Shown piece after piece: positions 54,913 to 64,000 of a stretch of DNA of 64,000 nucleotides. The DNA comes from Verrucomicrobiota bacterium. GTDB taxonomy: Bacteria; Verrucomicrobiota; Verrucomicrobiia; Limisphaerales; UBA11358. Both the position numbers and the translations under genes were made by a program. The notes beneath the pieces are model-generated. The model saw nothing but the letters and a program-made list of their open reading frames with translations. It was not told where the DNA came from and did not search any database. The DNA lies in the NCBI GenBank assembly GCA_049510395.1, contig JBEKYY010000001.1, forward strand, positions 665 through 64,664, in the 5' to 3' direction. Each line of letters opens with the position of its first letter. The first letter of the stretch is position 1.

Positions 54913-54956
54913 GGCAGAGCGCTGCAGATCGTTCAATGAGTTTGCGGCGCTCTGCC
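54913..54956. repeat. Perfect 10-bp-stem inverted repeat between pcm and carB
   Basis: GGCAGAGCGC, a 24-nt loop, then GCGCTCTGCC. No T-tract follows on the minus strand. Confidence 0.7.
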
Positions 54957-54985
54957 GAGTCGCCAAATTGCCCGCCACCCGGCCT

Positions 54986-55798
54986 TCAATGCGGCGTGAA
55001 GGCGGGTTGATTGGATGGGTTGATTTCGTGCGCGGCTTTGCCGGTCATCGGCACGAATCGCACGGGCAGCACGGCGCGTTTCTCCAGCCGCCCACCCTGC
55101 TTGTGGAGCAGCACCAGATTCTGGTCCCATCCCGGTCCGATGGGGATGATCATCTGGCCCCCGTCCTTGAGTTGTTCAACGAGCGGCTGCGGCACCTGTT
55201 CCGGGGCGCAGGTGACGACGATGGCATCGAACGGTGCGACTTCCGGCCAGCCCTGATAACCGTCCCCGGCGCGCACATGAATGTTCGTGTAACCGAGACG
55301 CTTCAGGTCGGCCCCGGCGCGTTGCGCCAGTGCGTCAACGATTTCGATGGTGTAAACCTCGCCCGCCAATTCGGCGAGCACCGCGGCCTGGTAACCTGAA
55401 CCGGTCCCGATTTCCAACACGCGGTCCGTTGGCTTCAGCTCAAGTTTTTCGGTCATGAAGGCGACGATGTAAGGTTGGGAAATGGTCTGGTCATAACCGA
55501 TGGGCAGTGGTCCGTCGTCGTAGGCCCGGTGTCGGAGTTCCGCCGGGACAAATTCGTGGCGGGGGACCTTGCCCATGGCGGCCAGCACGCGCGCATTGGT
55601 GATGCCGTATCCCGAACTGGATAATTGTTCTTTCACCATGCGCCGGCGCTCGGCGGCGAAATGGTCCTCCTTACCCGCCGGGGTGGCGTTGGTCTGTCCG
55701 CGTCCTTCCCGGGGCAGGATTGACAGCGCCATGAGAATGGGCACCGCAATATTTTTCACGTGCTTCAATGTAATCCCGTTTGCTGGCGCACGCCACAA
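54986..55798 (-). CDS. pcm: Protein-L-isoaspartate O-methyltransferase with an N-terminal signal-like extension
   Basis: It has ISQPYIVAFMTE and VLEIGTGSGYQAAVLA. Confidence 0.85.
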   Translation of the reverse strand: MWRAPANGITLKHVKNIAVPILMALSILPREGRGQTNATPAGKEDHFAAERRRMVKEQLSSSGYGITNARVLAAMGKVPRHEFVPAELRHRAYDDGPLPIGYDQTISQPYIVAFMTEKLELKPTDRVLEIGTGSGYQAAVLAELAGEVYTIEIVDALAQRAGADLKRLGYTNIHVRAGDGYQGWPEVAPFDAIVVTCAPEQVPQPLVEQLKDGGQMIIPIGPGWDQNLVLLHKQGGRLEKRAVLPVRFVPMTGKAAHEINPSNQPAFTPH

Positions 55799-56087
55799 GC
55801 AAAATTATGGCCACCGGACCGGTGATGGCGATTCACCCATTCCAATATACATTCCTGACTTGTGGATTTTGGCACATTGAGTTTTGTGAAGCGACCACAC
55901 TTTTATCAATTAACCTCCGCAGCACCTCGTCCGCTATGGTTGTGCCGTGAAAACAAACCGGAATCAACGCCGTTCCGCCCATTGCGCTGTTGTCGGGCAA
56001 GCCTGGTCATTCCTGCTTGCCACGACCCGGCACCGAAGCGCAGACTGAGTTCAACCAAGCTGTTCCGTTCGCCGGAAAGGAAACTTT

Positions 56088-59000
56088 ATGGAAATGATAC
56101 CTGTTGTCGTCTTGGTGGTTCTCGGCGTTCCCATCGTTCTGGCCATCTGGCTGATTGCGCGCGCCGTCCAAGCCAAGGGGCGCATCGAGGAACTCTCCCT
56201 TCGGCTCAGCGAACTGGAGTCGGAAGTCATCCGGCTGAAACGGGATGGGGAATCCGCAAAACCGGCCGAACCAGCCCCAAAACCGATGCCTGCATCGGTC
56301 GCCGCGACGATAAAAGTTGCCGAAGTGCCACCGATTCCGGTGTTACCAAAACCGATCGCCATACCCAAGCCCGTTGTTCCGCCCCAACCGCCGCCCATCG
56401 TTGCGCCGCCACCCGTATCCGCGGCACCCGCACCACCCAAGCCGGCACCAGCGGCTCCACGCCCAACCGGCCACGCCATCAATTGGGAACAGTTTCTGGG
56501 CGTAAAGGGGTTTGCCTATGCAGCCGGGCTGGCATTCTTTCTCGGCATTGCATTCGCAATCAAGTACTCTTTTGATCACAACCTGATTTCGCCGGAACTC
56601 CGCATGGCCTTCGGGTTCCTCACCGGCGTCGCTTTGCTCATCGGGGGCTCCTGGTTGCAGCGGCGAAAGCAATACACCGTCGGCGCACAAACCTTGTGCG
56701 CAACGGGGGTGGTGATTCTTTATGCCGTCACCTTTGCGTGCCGTTCGATTTACCACTTTGAATTCTTCGGAACGATCCCGACTTTTCTGTTGATGGCGCT
56801 CATCACCACGACCGCTTTCCTGCTCGCCGTGCGGCTCGATGCCATGGTCGTTGCCATCCTCGGCATGTTGGGTGGTTTCCTTACGCCGATTCTGCTCTCC
56901 ACCGGCCAGGACAATCCGCTGGGTCTCTTCGGCTACATCGCCATCCTCGACGCCGGCCTGATTGTGGTGGCGTTGAACCGCCGCTGGCATTTCCTGACCG
57001 CGCTGGCCGCCGCCGGGACCGTTTTCATGCAAATCGGCTGGGCGGGAAAATTTTTCGAGACGGGAAAATATTTTGAAGGCAACAAAATCCTGGTCGCGCT
57101 GGCCGTCCTGCTCGGGTTTAACGCGCTTTACCTCGCGGCGTCCTGGGCCGCAAAACTCCGCGGGGCAGCAAACAAATGGCTTTCGGGATCCACGCTTGGC
57201 CTGGTTGCCGTCGCGCTTGCCTTCACCGCCTGGTTCCTGGCTTTCGCGCCGCTGGCGCAACGGCCGTGGCTGATGTTCGGCTTTGTTTTCCTGATTGACC
57301 TGATCGTCACCACCCTTGTCCTGCTGGATGACGAAATTGCCCCCGCCCAGCCCATCGCCGGCCTCGCGGTCTTTGGGTTGCTCGCCGCGTGGACGGCCAA
57401 ATCCCTGAACAACGAGCTTTTGAACGCGGCCCTGGCGTTCTATTTCATCTTCGCCATCGTTCACTCGGTTTTCCCCGTTTTGTTGCAACGCCGGCGCGGC
57501 GTCACCACGCCGTTATGGGGCAGCCAGCTCTTCCCGCCGCTGGCGCTCGTGCTGGTGCTCATTCCCATTTTCAAGCTCGCCGAGTTGTCGTTCATCGTCT
57601 GGCCGTTCGTGCTGTTGGTGGACGTGCTGGCCATCGGTCTGGCCGTCCTGCTGGCCTCGTTGCTGCCGGTGCTGGTGGTGATGGTGCTGACGCTCGCCGC
57701 CACCGGCGTGCTGATTTTCAAAATCCCGGTCGAACTCACCGGATTGTCCACGTCCTTTTTCCTGCTCGGCGCATTCGCGATTTTCTTCGTCGCGGTGAGC
57801 GTCTGGGCCGTGCGCAAACTGAAACCCGATGCGCTCACCAAAGCCATCCCTCTCAATGAGGATTCCCTGCAGCCGGAAAACCTGGCCGCGCTCCTGCCGG
57901 CCTGCTCGGCTGTACTGCCCTTCCTGCTGCTCATCATGGCCACGTTGCGGTTGCAACTGGCGAATCCATCGCCGGTCTTCGGGCTCGCCCTGCTCCTGAT
58001 CGTGCTGTTGTTGGGTGTGGCGAAGATGTTTTCACAGGACTGGCTGCCCGCCATCGGGCTGGCCTGCGTTGCGGCGCTGGAATGCGCCTGGCACTTCAAC
58101 CGGTTTGATGCCGTGAATCCCAACGTGTCGCCGAACCTGCCGCTGACGTGGTATTTGATTTTCTTCGCCGTGTTTACGTTGTTCCCATTCCTGTTCCTGA
58201 AAAAGTTTGGTGACCGGGTTGTCCCGTGGGCCACGGCGGCGATAGCCGGCCTGCCGCAGTTTTTTCTTATCCACCGGCTCGTGATCGCGGTGTATCCGAA
58301 TCAGATCATGGGCCTGCTGCCCGCGGCTTTTGCCATCCCGCCGCTCCTGAGCCTGGTAGTGGTGTTAAAGAAAATTCCAGAGAGCCCGGCGCGCCTGACG
58401 CAACTGGCCTGGTTCGGCGGCGTGGCGTTGTTTTTCATCACGCTCATTTTCCCGATCCAGTTCGACCGCCAATGGATTACCATCGGTTGGGCGCTGGAAG
58501 GTGCGGCGTTGCTGTGGCTGTTTCATCGTGTGCCGCATCCGGGTCTGCGGCTGGTGGGTGCCGGGCTGCTGGTCGCCGCGTTCGTCCGCCTCGCGTTCAA
58601 TCCCGCCGTGCTCGAATATCATGCGCGCAGCACCACGCCGATTCTCAACTGGTATCTTTACGCCTACGGCATCGTGACGGTCTGCCTGTTTGTCGGTGCG
58701 CGGTTGCTCGCACCGCCGCGAAATCTGATTTTGCATTCCAACACGCCACCCATTCTGGCCGGCTTGGGCACGGTGCTGGCGTTTCTGTTGTTGAACATTG
58801 AAATTGCCGATTTCTTCAGCGCACCCGGCTCGACGCTGACTTCCATCTTCAGCACTAACCTCCCCTCCGATTTAATTTTCAAGCGTGACATGACGTATTC
58901 GATTGCTTGGGCGCTATTCGCGCTCGTGCTGCTGGTGGTCGGTATTGCCAGGAAGATCTCCGCGTCACGTTATGCCGCAATTGGTCTTTTGTGCGTCACA

Positions 59001-59165
59001 CTGGTTAAACTCTTTTTCCGCGACTTGGCGCACCTTGAGCAGCTCTACCGCATCGGCGCGTTCATCGGCGTGGCGGTGATTGCCATGCTGGCGTCGTTCG
59101 CCTATCAACGCTTCTACGCCTCCGCCGCCAAAGACAAGGAAACTAAAAATGAAACGTCAAAATAG
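56088..59165 (+). CDS. DUF2339-type large polytopic membrane protein
   Basis: It has an N-terminal TM helix, a coiled-coil (IEELSLRLSELESEVIRLK), a Pro-rich linker, and then more than 20 hydrophobic helices. 1025 aa. Confidence 0.6.
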   Translation: MEMIPVVVLVVLGVPIVLAIWLIARAVQAKGRIEELSLRLSELESEVIRLKRDGESAKPAEPAPKPMPASVAATIKVAEVPPIPVLPKPIAIPKPVVPPQPPPIVAPPPVSAAPAPPKPAPAAPRPTGHAINWEQFLGVKGFAYAAGLAFFLGIAFAIKYSFDHNLISPELRMAFGFLTGVALLIGGSWLQRRKQYTVGAQTLCATGVVILYAVTFACRSIYHFEFFGTIPTFLLMALITTTAFLLAVRLDAMVVAILGMLGGFLTPILLSTGQDNPLGLFGYIAILDAGLIVVALNRRWHFLTALAAAGTVFMQIGWAGKFFETGKYFEGNKILVALAVLLGFNALYLAASWAAKLRGAANKWLSGSTLGLVAVALAFTAWFLAFAPLAQRPWLMFGFVFLIDLIVTTLVLLDDEIAPAQPIAGLAVFGLLAAWTAKSLNNELLNAALAFYFIFAIVHSVFPVLLQRRRGVTTPLWGSQLFPPLALVLVLIPIFKLAELSFIVWPFVLLVDVLAIGLAVLLASLLPVLVVMVLTLAATGVLIFKIPVELTGLSTSFFLLGAFAIFFVAVSVWAVRKLKPDALTKAIPLNEDSLQPENLAALLPACSAVLPFLLLIMATLRLQLANPSPVFGLALLLIVLLLGVAKMFSQDWLPAIGLACVAALECAWHFNRFDAVNPNVSPNLPLTWYLIFFAVFTLFPFLFLKKFGDRVVPWATAAIAGLPQFFLIHRLVIAVYPNQIMGLLPAAFAIPPLLSLVVVLKKIPESPARLTQLAWFGGVALFFITLIFPIQFDRQWITIGWALEGAALLWLFHRVPHPGLRLVGAGLLVAAFVRLAFNPAVLEYHARSTTPILNWYLYAYGIVTVCLFVGARLLAPPRNLILHSNTPPILAGLGTVLAFLLLNIEIADFFSAPGSTLTSIFSTNLPSDLIFKRDMTYSIAWALFALVLLVVGIARKISASRYAAIGLLCVTLVKLFFRDLAHLEQLYRIGAFIGVAVIAMLASFAYQRFYASAAKDKETKNETSK

Positions 59166-59188
59166 CAGCAACTCGGGAAATCTGCTCT

Positions 59189-59258
59189 GGTGGGGCGAGC
59201 GTACTCGCGAGCCTTATCCGGGAATTTACAAACGGCTCGCGGGGACGCTCGCCCCACC
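59189..59258. repeat. GGTGGGGCGAG-family palindrome at the DUF2339/DUF3999 gene junction
   Basis: GGTGGGGCGAGCGTACTCGCGAGCC, a 20-nt loop, then GGCTCGCGGGGACGCTCGCCCCACC. Confidence 0.9.
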
Positions 59259-59283
59259 GCACAAAATCGGTTTCGGTCAGTGG

Positions 59284-61251
59284 ATGAATTGGCTTTGCGT
59301 TTTCGCGCTGGCCGTTGCCGGTTCTGCCGACGCCGCCGGCCTGCCCGCCAACTGGCAGCACGAACAACCGTTCACCGTGCCCGCGCCCGGACTGGTGAAA
59401 CTGAGCCTGCCAGTCGAAACGCTCGATGTGGCCCGCCCCGCGCTCGAGGACCTGCGGCTTTTTGACGACGCGGGCAACGAAGTGCCTTATCTGATTGAAC
59501 GCCCGGTCCCGGTGGTGAAGGTCGTTCAAAACGTAAAATCATTTCACATTTCATTGACCCCGAGCAACACGGCTATTGTCCTAGAAACCGGACTGACCCA
59601 ACCGCTCGATGATGTCACGCTGGAAACCCCGGCGGAGAATTTCCTCAAACCGGTGCGCATCGAAGGTTCCACCGACCTCAAACGCTGGCAGACCCTGGAG
59701 CAGGGACAGCCGATTTTCCGGCAGCCGAACGGTGTGAACCGGCTCCACGTTTCCTTCCCCGCCAGCACATGGCCGTGGTTGCGGTTGACGGTGGACGACC
59801 AGCGTTCGCCGCCGATTCCTTTTACCGGTGCGCGCATCCGCGTGGCGGTAAAGGAACCGGCCCCGACGGAGTGGCTGCCGGTGACCATCGCCGAACGCAA
59901 CGAAAATCCGGGAGAAACGCGATTGGCGTTGGATCTCGGTGCGGCGAATTTGAGTCTCGCCGCCGTCCAAATTGAAACCGCCGAACCGCTTTTCAACCGG
60001 CAGGTGACATTCGCCGTGCCGCAGATTTCGGAAGACTCCATTCGCGAGCAAACCATCGGCCAAGGTGCGATTTATCGTGTCGCCATCGAAGGCCAACCCG
60101 CGGCGGAAAGCCTCTCGGCGCCCTTGGAAGGACTGATCCGTTCGCGGGAATTGTTTTTGTTCATCCGGAATCAGGACAGCCCGCCCTTGCCCATCACCGC
60201 CGTGCGCGTCGAGCGGCGCCCGGTTTATCTCGTGTTTCTCGCGCGACAGGAGGGCGTTTATCATCTGTTGACCGGCAACGGTCAATGCGCCGCACCGCAT
60301 TACGACCTGGCCGCGCTGGACATGAACCTCAAATCCGTGGCGGTCGCACCGATCAAGCTCCCACCGCCGGTGAACAACCCGGATTATCGCGCGCCGGAAG
60401 TTCTGCCCGGTATCGAGGGAACTGGCGCGGCGCTTGACGTGTCAGCGTGGAAATTCCGCAAGCCGGTGAAAATCACCCGCGACGGCGCGCAGCAATTGGA
60501 ACTCGCTCTGGACGTGCTCGGGCACGCGCAACCAGGCTTTCAGGACTTGCGGCTTTTGCGCGGCAGCAACCAGGTGCCTTACATCCTCGAACGCACCTCC
60601 ATCAGCCGTTCGTTTGCGCCGGCGATCACCGCCACCAACGATGCGAAAGATCCCAAACTCAGCCGCTGGGTCATCAAGTTTCCACAATGCCGCCTGCCCG
60701 TCACCCGCCTGAGTTGCGCCACACGAACGGCGCTGTTCCAGCGCGAAATAACGTTTTACGAGGAACCTGCCGACGAACGCGGCGAAAAATATCGGCACAA
60801 TCTGGGCAGCGCCTCCTGGGTGCAAAAACCCGACCGCAAGAGCCGGGAATTTTTCCTGACCCTCGACAGCCCGCCCCAAAGCGACACCTTGTTTTTGGAA
60901 ACGCACAATGGCGACAACCCGCCGATTGCATTGGAGAAGTTTCAACTCTTTTATCCGGCGACCCGCATCCTGTTCAAAGCCGGGCCGGACGACGAACTCT
61001 TCCTGTACTACGGCAATCCGCGCGCAGCCACGCCGCGTTACGACCTCAGCCTGGTTGCCGGGCAACTGCTGTCGGCAGAGCGGATCATGGCGATGGCTGC
61101 TACCGAGCAGCAGCTCCGGAAATCGTCGTGGCGCGAGCATGAAATCCCCGGCCAGGGCGGCGTGGTATTCTGGGGCATTCTCACGTTGGTCGTCGTGGTG
61201 CTGCTGATTATTATTTCCCGGCTGTTGCCGAAATCGCCGCCGGCGGCGTGA
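59284..61251 (+). CDS. DUF3999-like exported protein with a C-terminal TM anchor
   Basis: A signal peptide MNWLCVFALAVAGSADA begins at ATG 59284. It has DLRLFDDAGNEVPYLIERP and a second DLRLLRGSNQVPYILER. The ORF-track start at 59080 overlaps the upstream gene. Confidence 0.5.
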   Translation: MNWLCVFALAVAGSADAAGLPANWQHEQPFTVPAPGLVKLSLPVETLDVARPALEDLRLFDDAGNEVPYLIERPVPVVKVVQNVKSFHISLTPSNTAIVLETGLTQPLDDVTLETPAENFLKPVRIEGSTDLKRWQTLEQGQPIFRQPNGVNRLHVSFPASTWPWLRLTVDDQRSPPIPFTGARIRVAVKEPAPTEWLPVTIAERNENPGETRLALDLGAANLSLAAVQIETAEPLFNRQVTFAVPQISEDSIREQTIGQGAIYRVAIEGQPAAESLSAPLEGLIRSRELFLFIRNQDSPPLPITAVRVERRPVYLVFLARQEGVYHLLTGNGQCAAPHYDLAALDMNLKSVAVAPIKLPPPVNNPDYRAPEVLPGIEGTGAALDVSAWKFRKPVKITRDGAQQLELALDVLGHAQPGFQDLRLLRGSNQVPYILERTSISRSFAPAITATNDAKDPKLSRWVIKFPQCRLPVTRLSCATRTALFQREITFYEEPADERGEKYRHNLGSASWVQKPDRKSREFFLTLDSPPQSDTLFLETHNGDNPPIALEKFQLFYPATRILFKAGPDDELFLYYGNPRAATPRYDLSLVAGQLLSAERIMAMAATEQQLRKSSWREHEIPGQGGVVFWGILTLVVVVLLIIISRLLPKSPPAA

Positions 61252-61353
61252 CAGGAAAGCCGGCCCATTTGCTTGGGGAATCGGTGACGTTTGCTTGACT
61301 TCCGGGGGCGGGCACTTCATTAAACAGGCTCAAAACGAGTTGCAATCCCCCGC

Positions 61354-62916
61354 ATGAATTTGTTTCGCCGCAAACGTGTCACCGACCTGCAAGCGGAAGC
61401 GTTAACCGACAAAAGCCTGCATCGCGCCCTGGGCCCGCTGAACCTGGTCACGCTGGGAGTCGGCTGCATCATCGGAACGGGCATTTTTGTCCTGACCGGC
61501 ACGGCGGCCGCTCAAAACGCCGGGCCCGCCGTGGTCCTCTCCTTTGTGCTGGCGGGCATCGCCTCGGCGTTTGCGGCGTTGTGTTATTCCGAATTTGCAT
61601 CGCTGGTACCCATGTCGGGCAGCGCTTACACGTATGGGTATGCAACGTTGGGCGAATTGTTCGCCTGGATCATCGGCTGGGACTTGACCCTAGAATATGC
61701 AGTGGGGGCCATCGCGGTGTCGGTGGGCTGGTCTGGCTACATGGTATCGTTTCTCAGGGATTTCGGCATTCAAATCCCACCCGAACTGTCTGCGGCGCGT
61801 GGCATCCACCTGATTGAACTTCCGGCCACCTTGGCTGCCACCTTGAAATTGAAAGCCGGCTGGACGGTATTCAGCGGCGAATTGATCAATCAAATCAAGG
61901 CCGCCGGCGCAGATCCCGCCAGCCTGCATCAAGTTACGGCGATTTTAAACCTGCCCGCCGTGATCATCGTCGCCATCGTGACTGTACTGCTGGTCATTGG
62001 CATCCGGGAATCGGCCGGGTTCAACAATTTCATTGTCTTTCTCAAAATTGCGGTGGTGCTGCTCTTCATCGTGGGCGCGGCCAAGGCCATCAATCCGGCC
62101 AACTGGCACCCGTTCATCCCGGCCAACACCGGCAAATGGGGTGATTTTGGCTGGTCCGGCGTTATGCGCGGGGCCAGCCTCGTTTTTTTTGCCTACATTG
62201 GATTCGATGCCGTCAGCACCGCGGCACAGGAGGCCAAGAATCCCCGGCGCGACATTCCCATCGGCATCATTGGCTCCCTGGTGATTTGCACCGTGCTTTA
62301 CATTCTGGTTTCCGGCATTGCCACCGGCGTAGTGCCGTACCAGCAATTGGACGTGCCCGAGCCGATTGCCCTGGCGGCCGACCATGCGAACATGGGCTGG
62401 ATGGCGCGCATCATCAAACTGGGGGCCATTGCCGGCCTCTCTTCCGTCATTCTGGTCATGATGCTCGGACAAACGCGGGTTTTCTGGAGCATGTCACGAG
62501 ACGGACTGTTGCCGCCATTCATCAGCCGCGTTCATCCCCGCTTTCGGACACCCTGGGTCATCACCATCATCACCGGCATTGTCGTGGCCTTCTTCGGAGC
62601 CGTCCTGCCCGTTCGGGACGCCGGGAACTTGTGCAACATCGGGACCTTGCTGGCCTTCATAATCGTGTCGGTCGGCGTGCTCGTGCTGCGGGTGCGGGAA
62701 CCGGAATTACAACGGAATTTCAAGACACCGGCCATCTGGTTTGTCGCGCCCATGGGCGCTCTTTCCGCCTTCGCGCTGATGTTGTATCTGCCCCTGATGA
62801 CCTGGGTGCGGCTGCTCGTGTGGTTTCTCATCGGCATTGCCATCTACCTCACCTATGGCCACCGCCATTCCAAGCTGCACCATGGTTTGATGGGGAAAAC
62901 GACCGACCTGCGTTAA
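61354..62916 (+). CDS. APC-superfamily amino acid permease (cationic amino acid transporter-like)
   Basis: It has LVTLGVGCIIGTGIFVLTG and about 13-14 TM segments. 520 aa. Confidence 0.8.
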   Translation: MNLFRRKRVTDLQAEALTDKSLHRALGPLNLVTLGVGCIIGTGIFVLTGTAAAQNAGPAVVLSFVLAGIASAFAALCYSEFASLVPMSGSAYTYGYATLGELFAWIIGWDLTLEYAVGAIAVSVGWSGYMVSFLRDFGIQIPPELSAARGIHLIELPATLAATLKLKAGWTVFSGELINQIKAAGADPASLHQVTAILNLPAVIIVAIVTVLLVIGIRESAGFNNFIVFLKIAVVLLFIVGAAKAINPANWHPFIPANTGKWGDFGWSGVMRGASLVFFAYIGFDAVSTAAQEAKNPRRDIPIGIIGSLVICTVLYILVSGIATGVVPYQQLDVPEPIALAADHANMGWMARIIKLGAIAGLSSVILVMMLGQTRVFWSMSRDGLLPPFISRVHPRFRTPWVITIITGIVVAFFGAVLPVRDAGNLCNIGTLLAFIIVSVGVLVLRVREPELQRNFKTPAIWFVAPMGALSAFALMLYLPLMTWVRLLVWFLIGIAIYLTYGHRHSKLHHGLMGKTTDLR

Positions 62917-62971
62917 AACCCAACCGTTCCGCCCGATGATGGAAATTTAATTTGACAACGGGCCGATTTAT

Positions 62972-62989
62972 ACCTACCGTTCGGTAGGT
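62972..62989. promoter_or_regulatory. Candidate TetR operator
   Basis: A perfect 8-2-8 palindrome ACCTACCGttCGGTAGGT ends 2 nt before the TetR ATG. A TTGACA lies at 62952-62957. Confidence 0.5.
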
Positions 62990-62991
62990 TT

Positions 62992-63597
62992 ATGTCCAAG
63001 CATGGTCCCGAAACCAGGCGGCAGATTCTCCGGGCGGCGCTCAAGCGCTTTGCCAACGGCGGCTATGCGGCCACGTCCGTTCAGCAAATCGTGGATGACG
63101 CGAAAGTGTCCAAACCGGCACTGTATTATTATTTCCGCGACAAGGCGGGTTTGTTCCAGGCGCTGGTCAGCGAGGCGCACGACGAACGGCTGCAGGTCGT
63201 GCAGCAGGCTGCGGCGCGCGGACGCGGGGTACGTGGCCAGTTGGTGGAAATCGTCGCGGCGCTGTTCGATTACTTTCACAAGAACCGCGAACTGACGCGC
63301 ATCGCTTTCGCCACCGCGTTTGCCGCGCCGGGCGAAGTGCCGCCGGGTTTGCGCTATCTCGACCAGTGCCAGCGCAATCTCAAATTCATGCGTTCGCTCA
63401 TCAAACGCGCGCAAGCAGACGGCGAACTGGACCGCCGGTTTAACTGCCGGGACCTGGCGTATGGTTTTTACGGGCAGGCGCACCTTTATATTGCGTCACA
63501 TTTGTTGATGCCGGATTACCGCCTGAACCGCCGGGCGGCGGAGCGCATCGTGGATTTGTTCCTGGCCGGCGCGGGCGCGAAGAAACGGCGGGCTTGA
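62992..63597 (+). CDS. TetR/AcrR-family transcriptional regulator
   Basis: The HTH region is ETRRQILRAALKRFANGGYAATSVQQIVDDAKVSKPALYYYF. Confidence 0.85.
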   Translation: MSKHGPETRRQILRAALKRFANGGYAATSVQQIVDDAKVSKPALYYYFRDKAGLFQALVSEAHDERLQVVQQAAARGRGVRGQLVEIVAALFDYFHKNRELTRIAFATAFAAPGEVPPGLRYLDQCQRNLKFMRSLIKRAQADGELDRRFNCRDLAYGFYGQAHLYIASHLLMPDYRLNRRAAERIVDLFLAGAGAKKRRA

Positions 63598-63695
63598 AAC
63601 ATTTTTACCGGAAATCATCACCATCGCAAAACCATGAAACGTAAAATTTTGACGGCGCGGCCTTGGATCATCCGCAGCTTTTAGCCAACAACCAT

Positions 63696-64000
63696 ATGAA
63701 AAACCTATCTATTCTATGCCTCTTGATCGCGGCGAGCGGGGTGTCTTGCTCCCGCAAACAAGCTCCGCCCCCCCAATTGCCGGAAGTGGCGACGGTGACG
63801 GTGGCCCGTCAGCCGGTCCTGCTGACGACCGAACTGCCCGGCCGCACGTCTCCTTACCTCATCGCGGAGATCCGGCCCCAGGTCAACGGCCTCATTCAGA
63901 AACGCCTGTTCACGGAAGGTTCCGATGTCCAGGCCGGCCAGGAGCTTTATCAGATTGATCCCGCCCCGTTTCAAGCCGCGCTGGACAATGCCAAGGCTAT
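63696..64000 (+). CDS. RND efflux periplasmic adaptor (membrane fusion protein), partial at the right edge
   Basis: ATG 63696. It has the lipoprotein signal MKNLSILCLLIAASGVSC, then LPGRTSPYLIAEIRPQVNGLI...QAGQELYQIDPAPF, typical of AcrA/MexA. It is open-ended, so it is absent from the ORF track. Confidence 0.8.
   Translation, partial: MKNLSILCLLIAASGVSCSRKQAPPPQLPEVATVTVARQPVLLTTELPGRTSPYLIAEIRPQVNGLIQKRLFTEGSDVQAGQELYQIDPAPFQAALDNAKA

Overview
GC-rich bacterial chromosomal segment. The gene content (futalosine-pathway mqnA, many GT-C membrane glycosyltransferases, fused membrane/spermidine-synthase-like proteins, a DUF2339/DUF3999 pair) and the repeat families suggest a Verrucomicrobiota/PVC-type organism, but this is inference only. 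I call about 45 genes: argJ, argC, rplM-rpsI, amrB-amrS, ribE, ribD, ftsY, nusB, lysS, an N-terminal-half carB, pcm, yebC, an IS481-type insertion sequence and a TetR-RND efflux locus. I saw no rRNA, tRNA or CRISPR array. Four things stand out. (1) There are several families of short palindromic repeats, and some copies sit in frame inside conserved genes (argJ twice, ribD twice, a TMTC-like glycosyltransferase about three times), as Rickettsia RPE elements do. (2) There are two tandem gene amplifications: a 2,244-bp unit present at least 3 times, and a 2,470-bp unit present twice with a ribD 5' remnant at the junction. (3) An AT-richer accessory island of about 8 kb (roughly 45.2-53.3 kb) abuts the 3' end of the split carB. 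It consists of same-strand gene units, each preceded by a remnant of the carB 3' end, and two of them by arrays of perfect palindromes with 7-10 bp arms. (4) The island encodes an HTH-fused N6-adenine methyltransferase with a convergent candidate PD-(D/E)xK endonuclease, a displaced amrA, an FG-GAP propeller protein, and a 603-aa protein with a DUF4365-type nuclease domain and a large unassigned C-terminal region. All calls were made by eye from the sequence and ORF translations. No searches or statistics were run, and family names are recalled from motif patterns.
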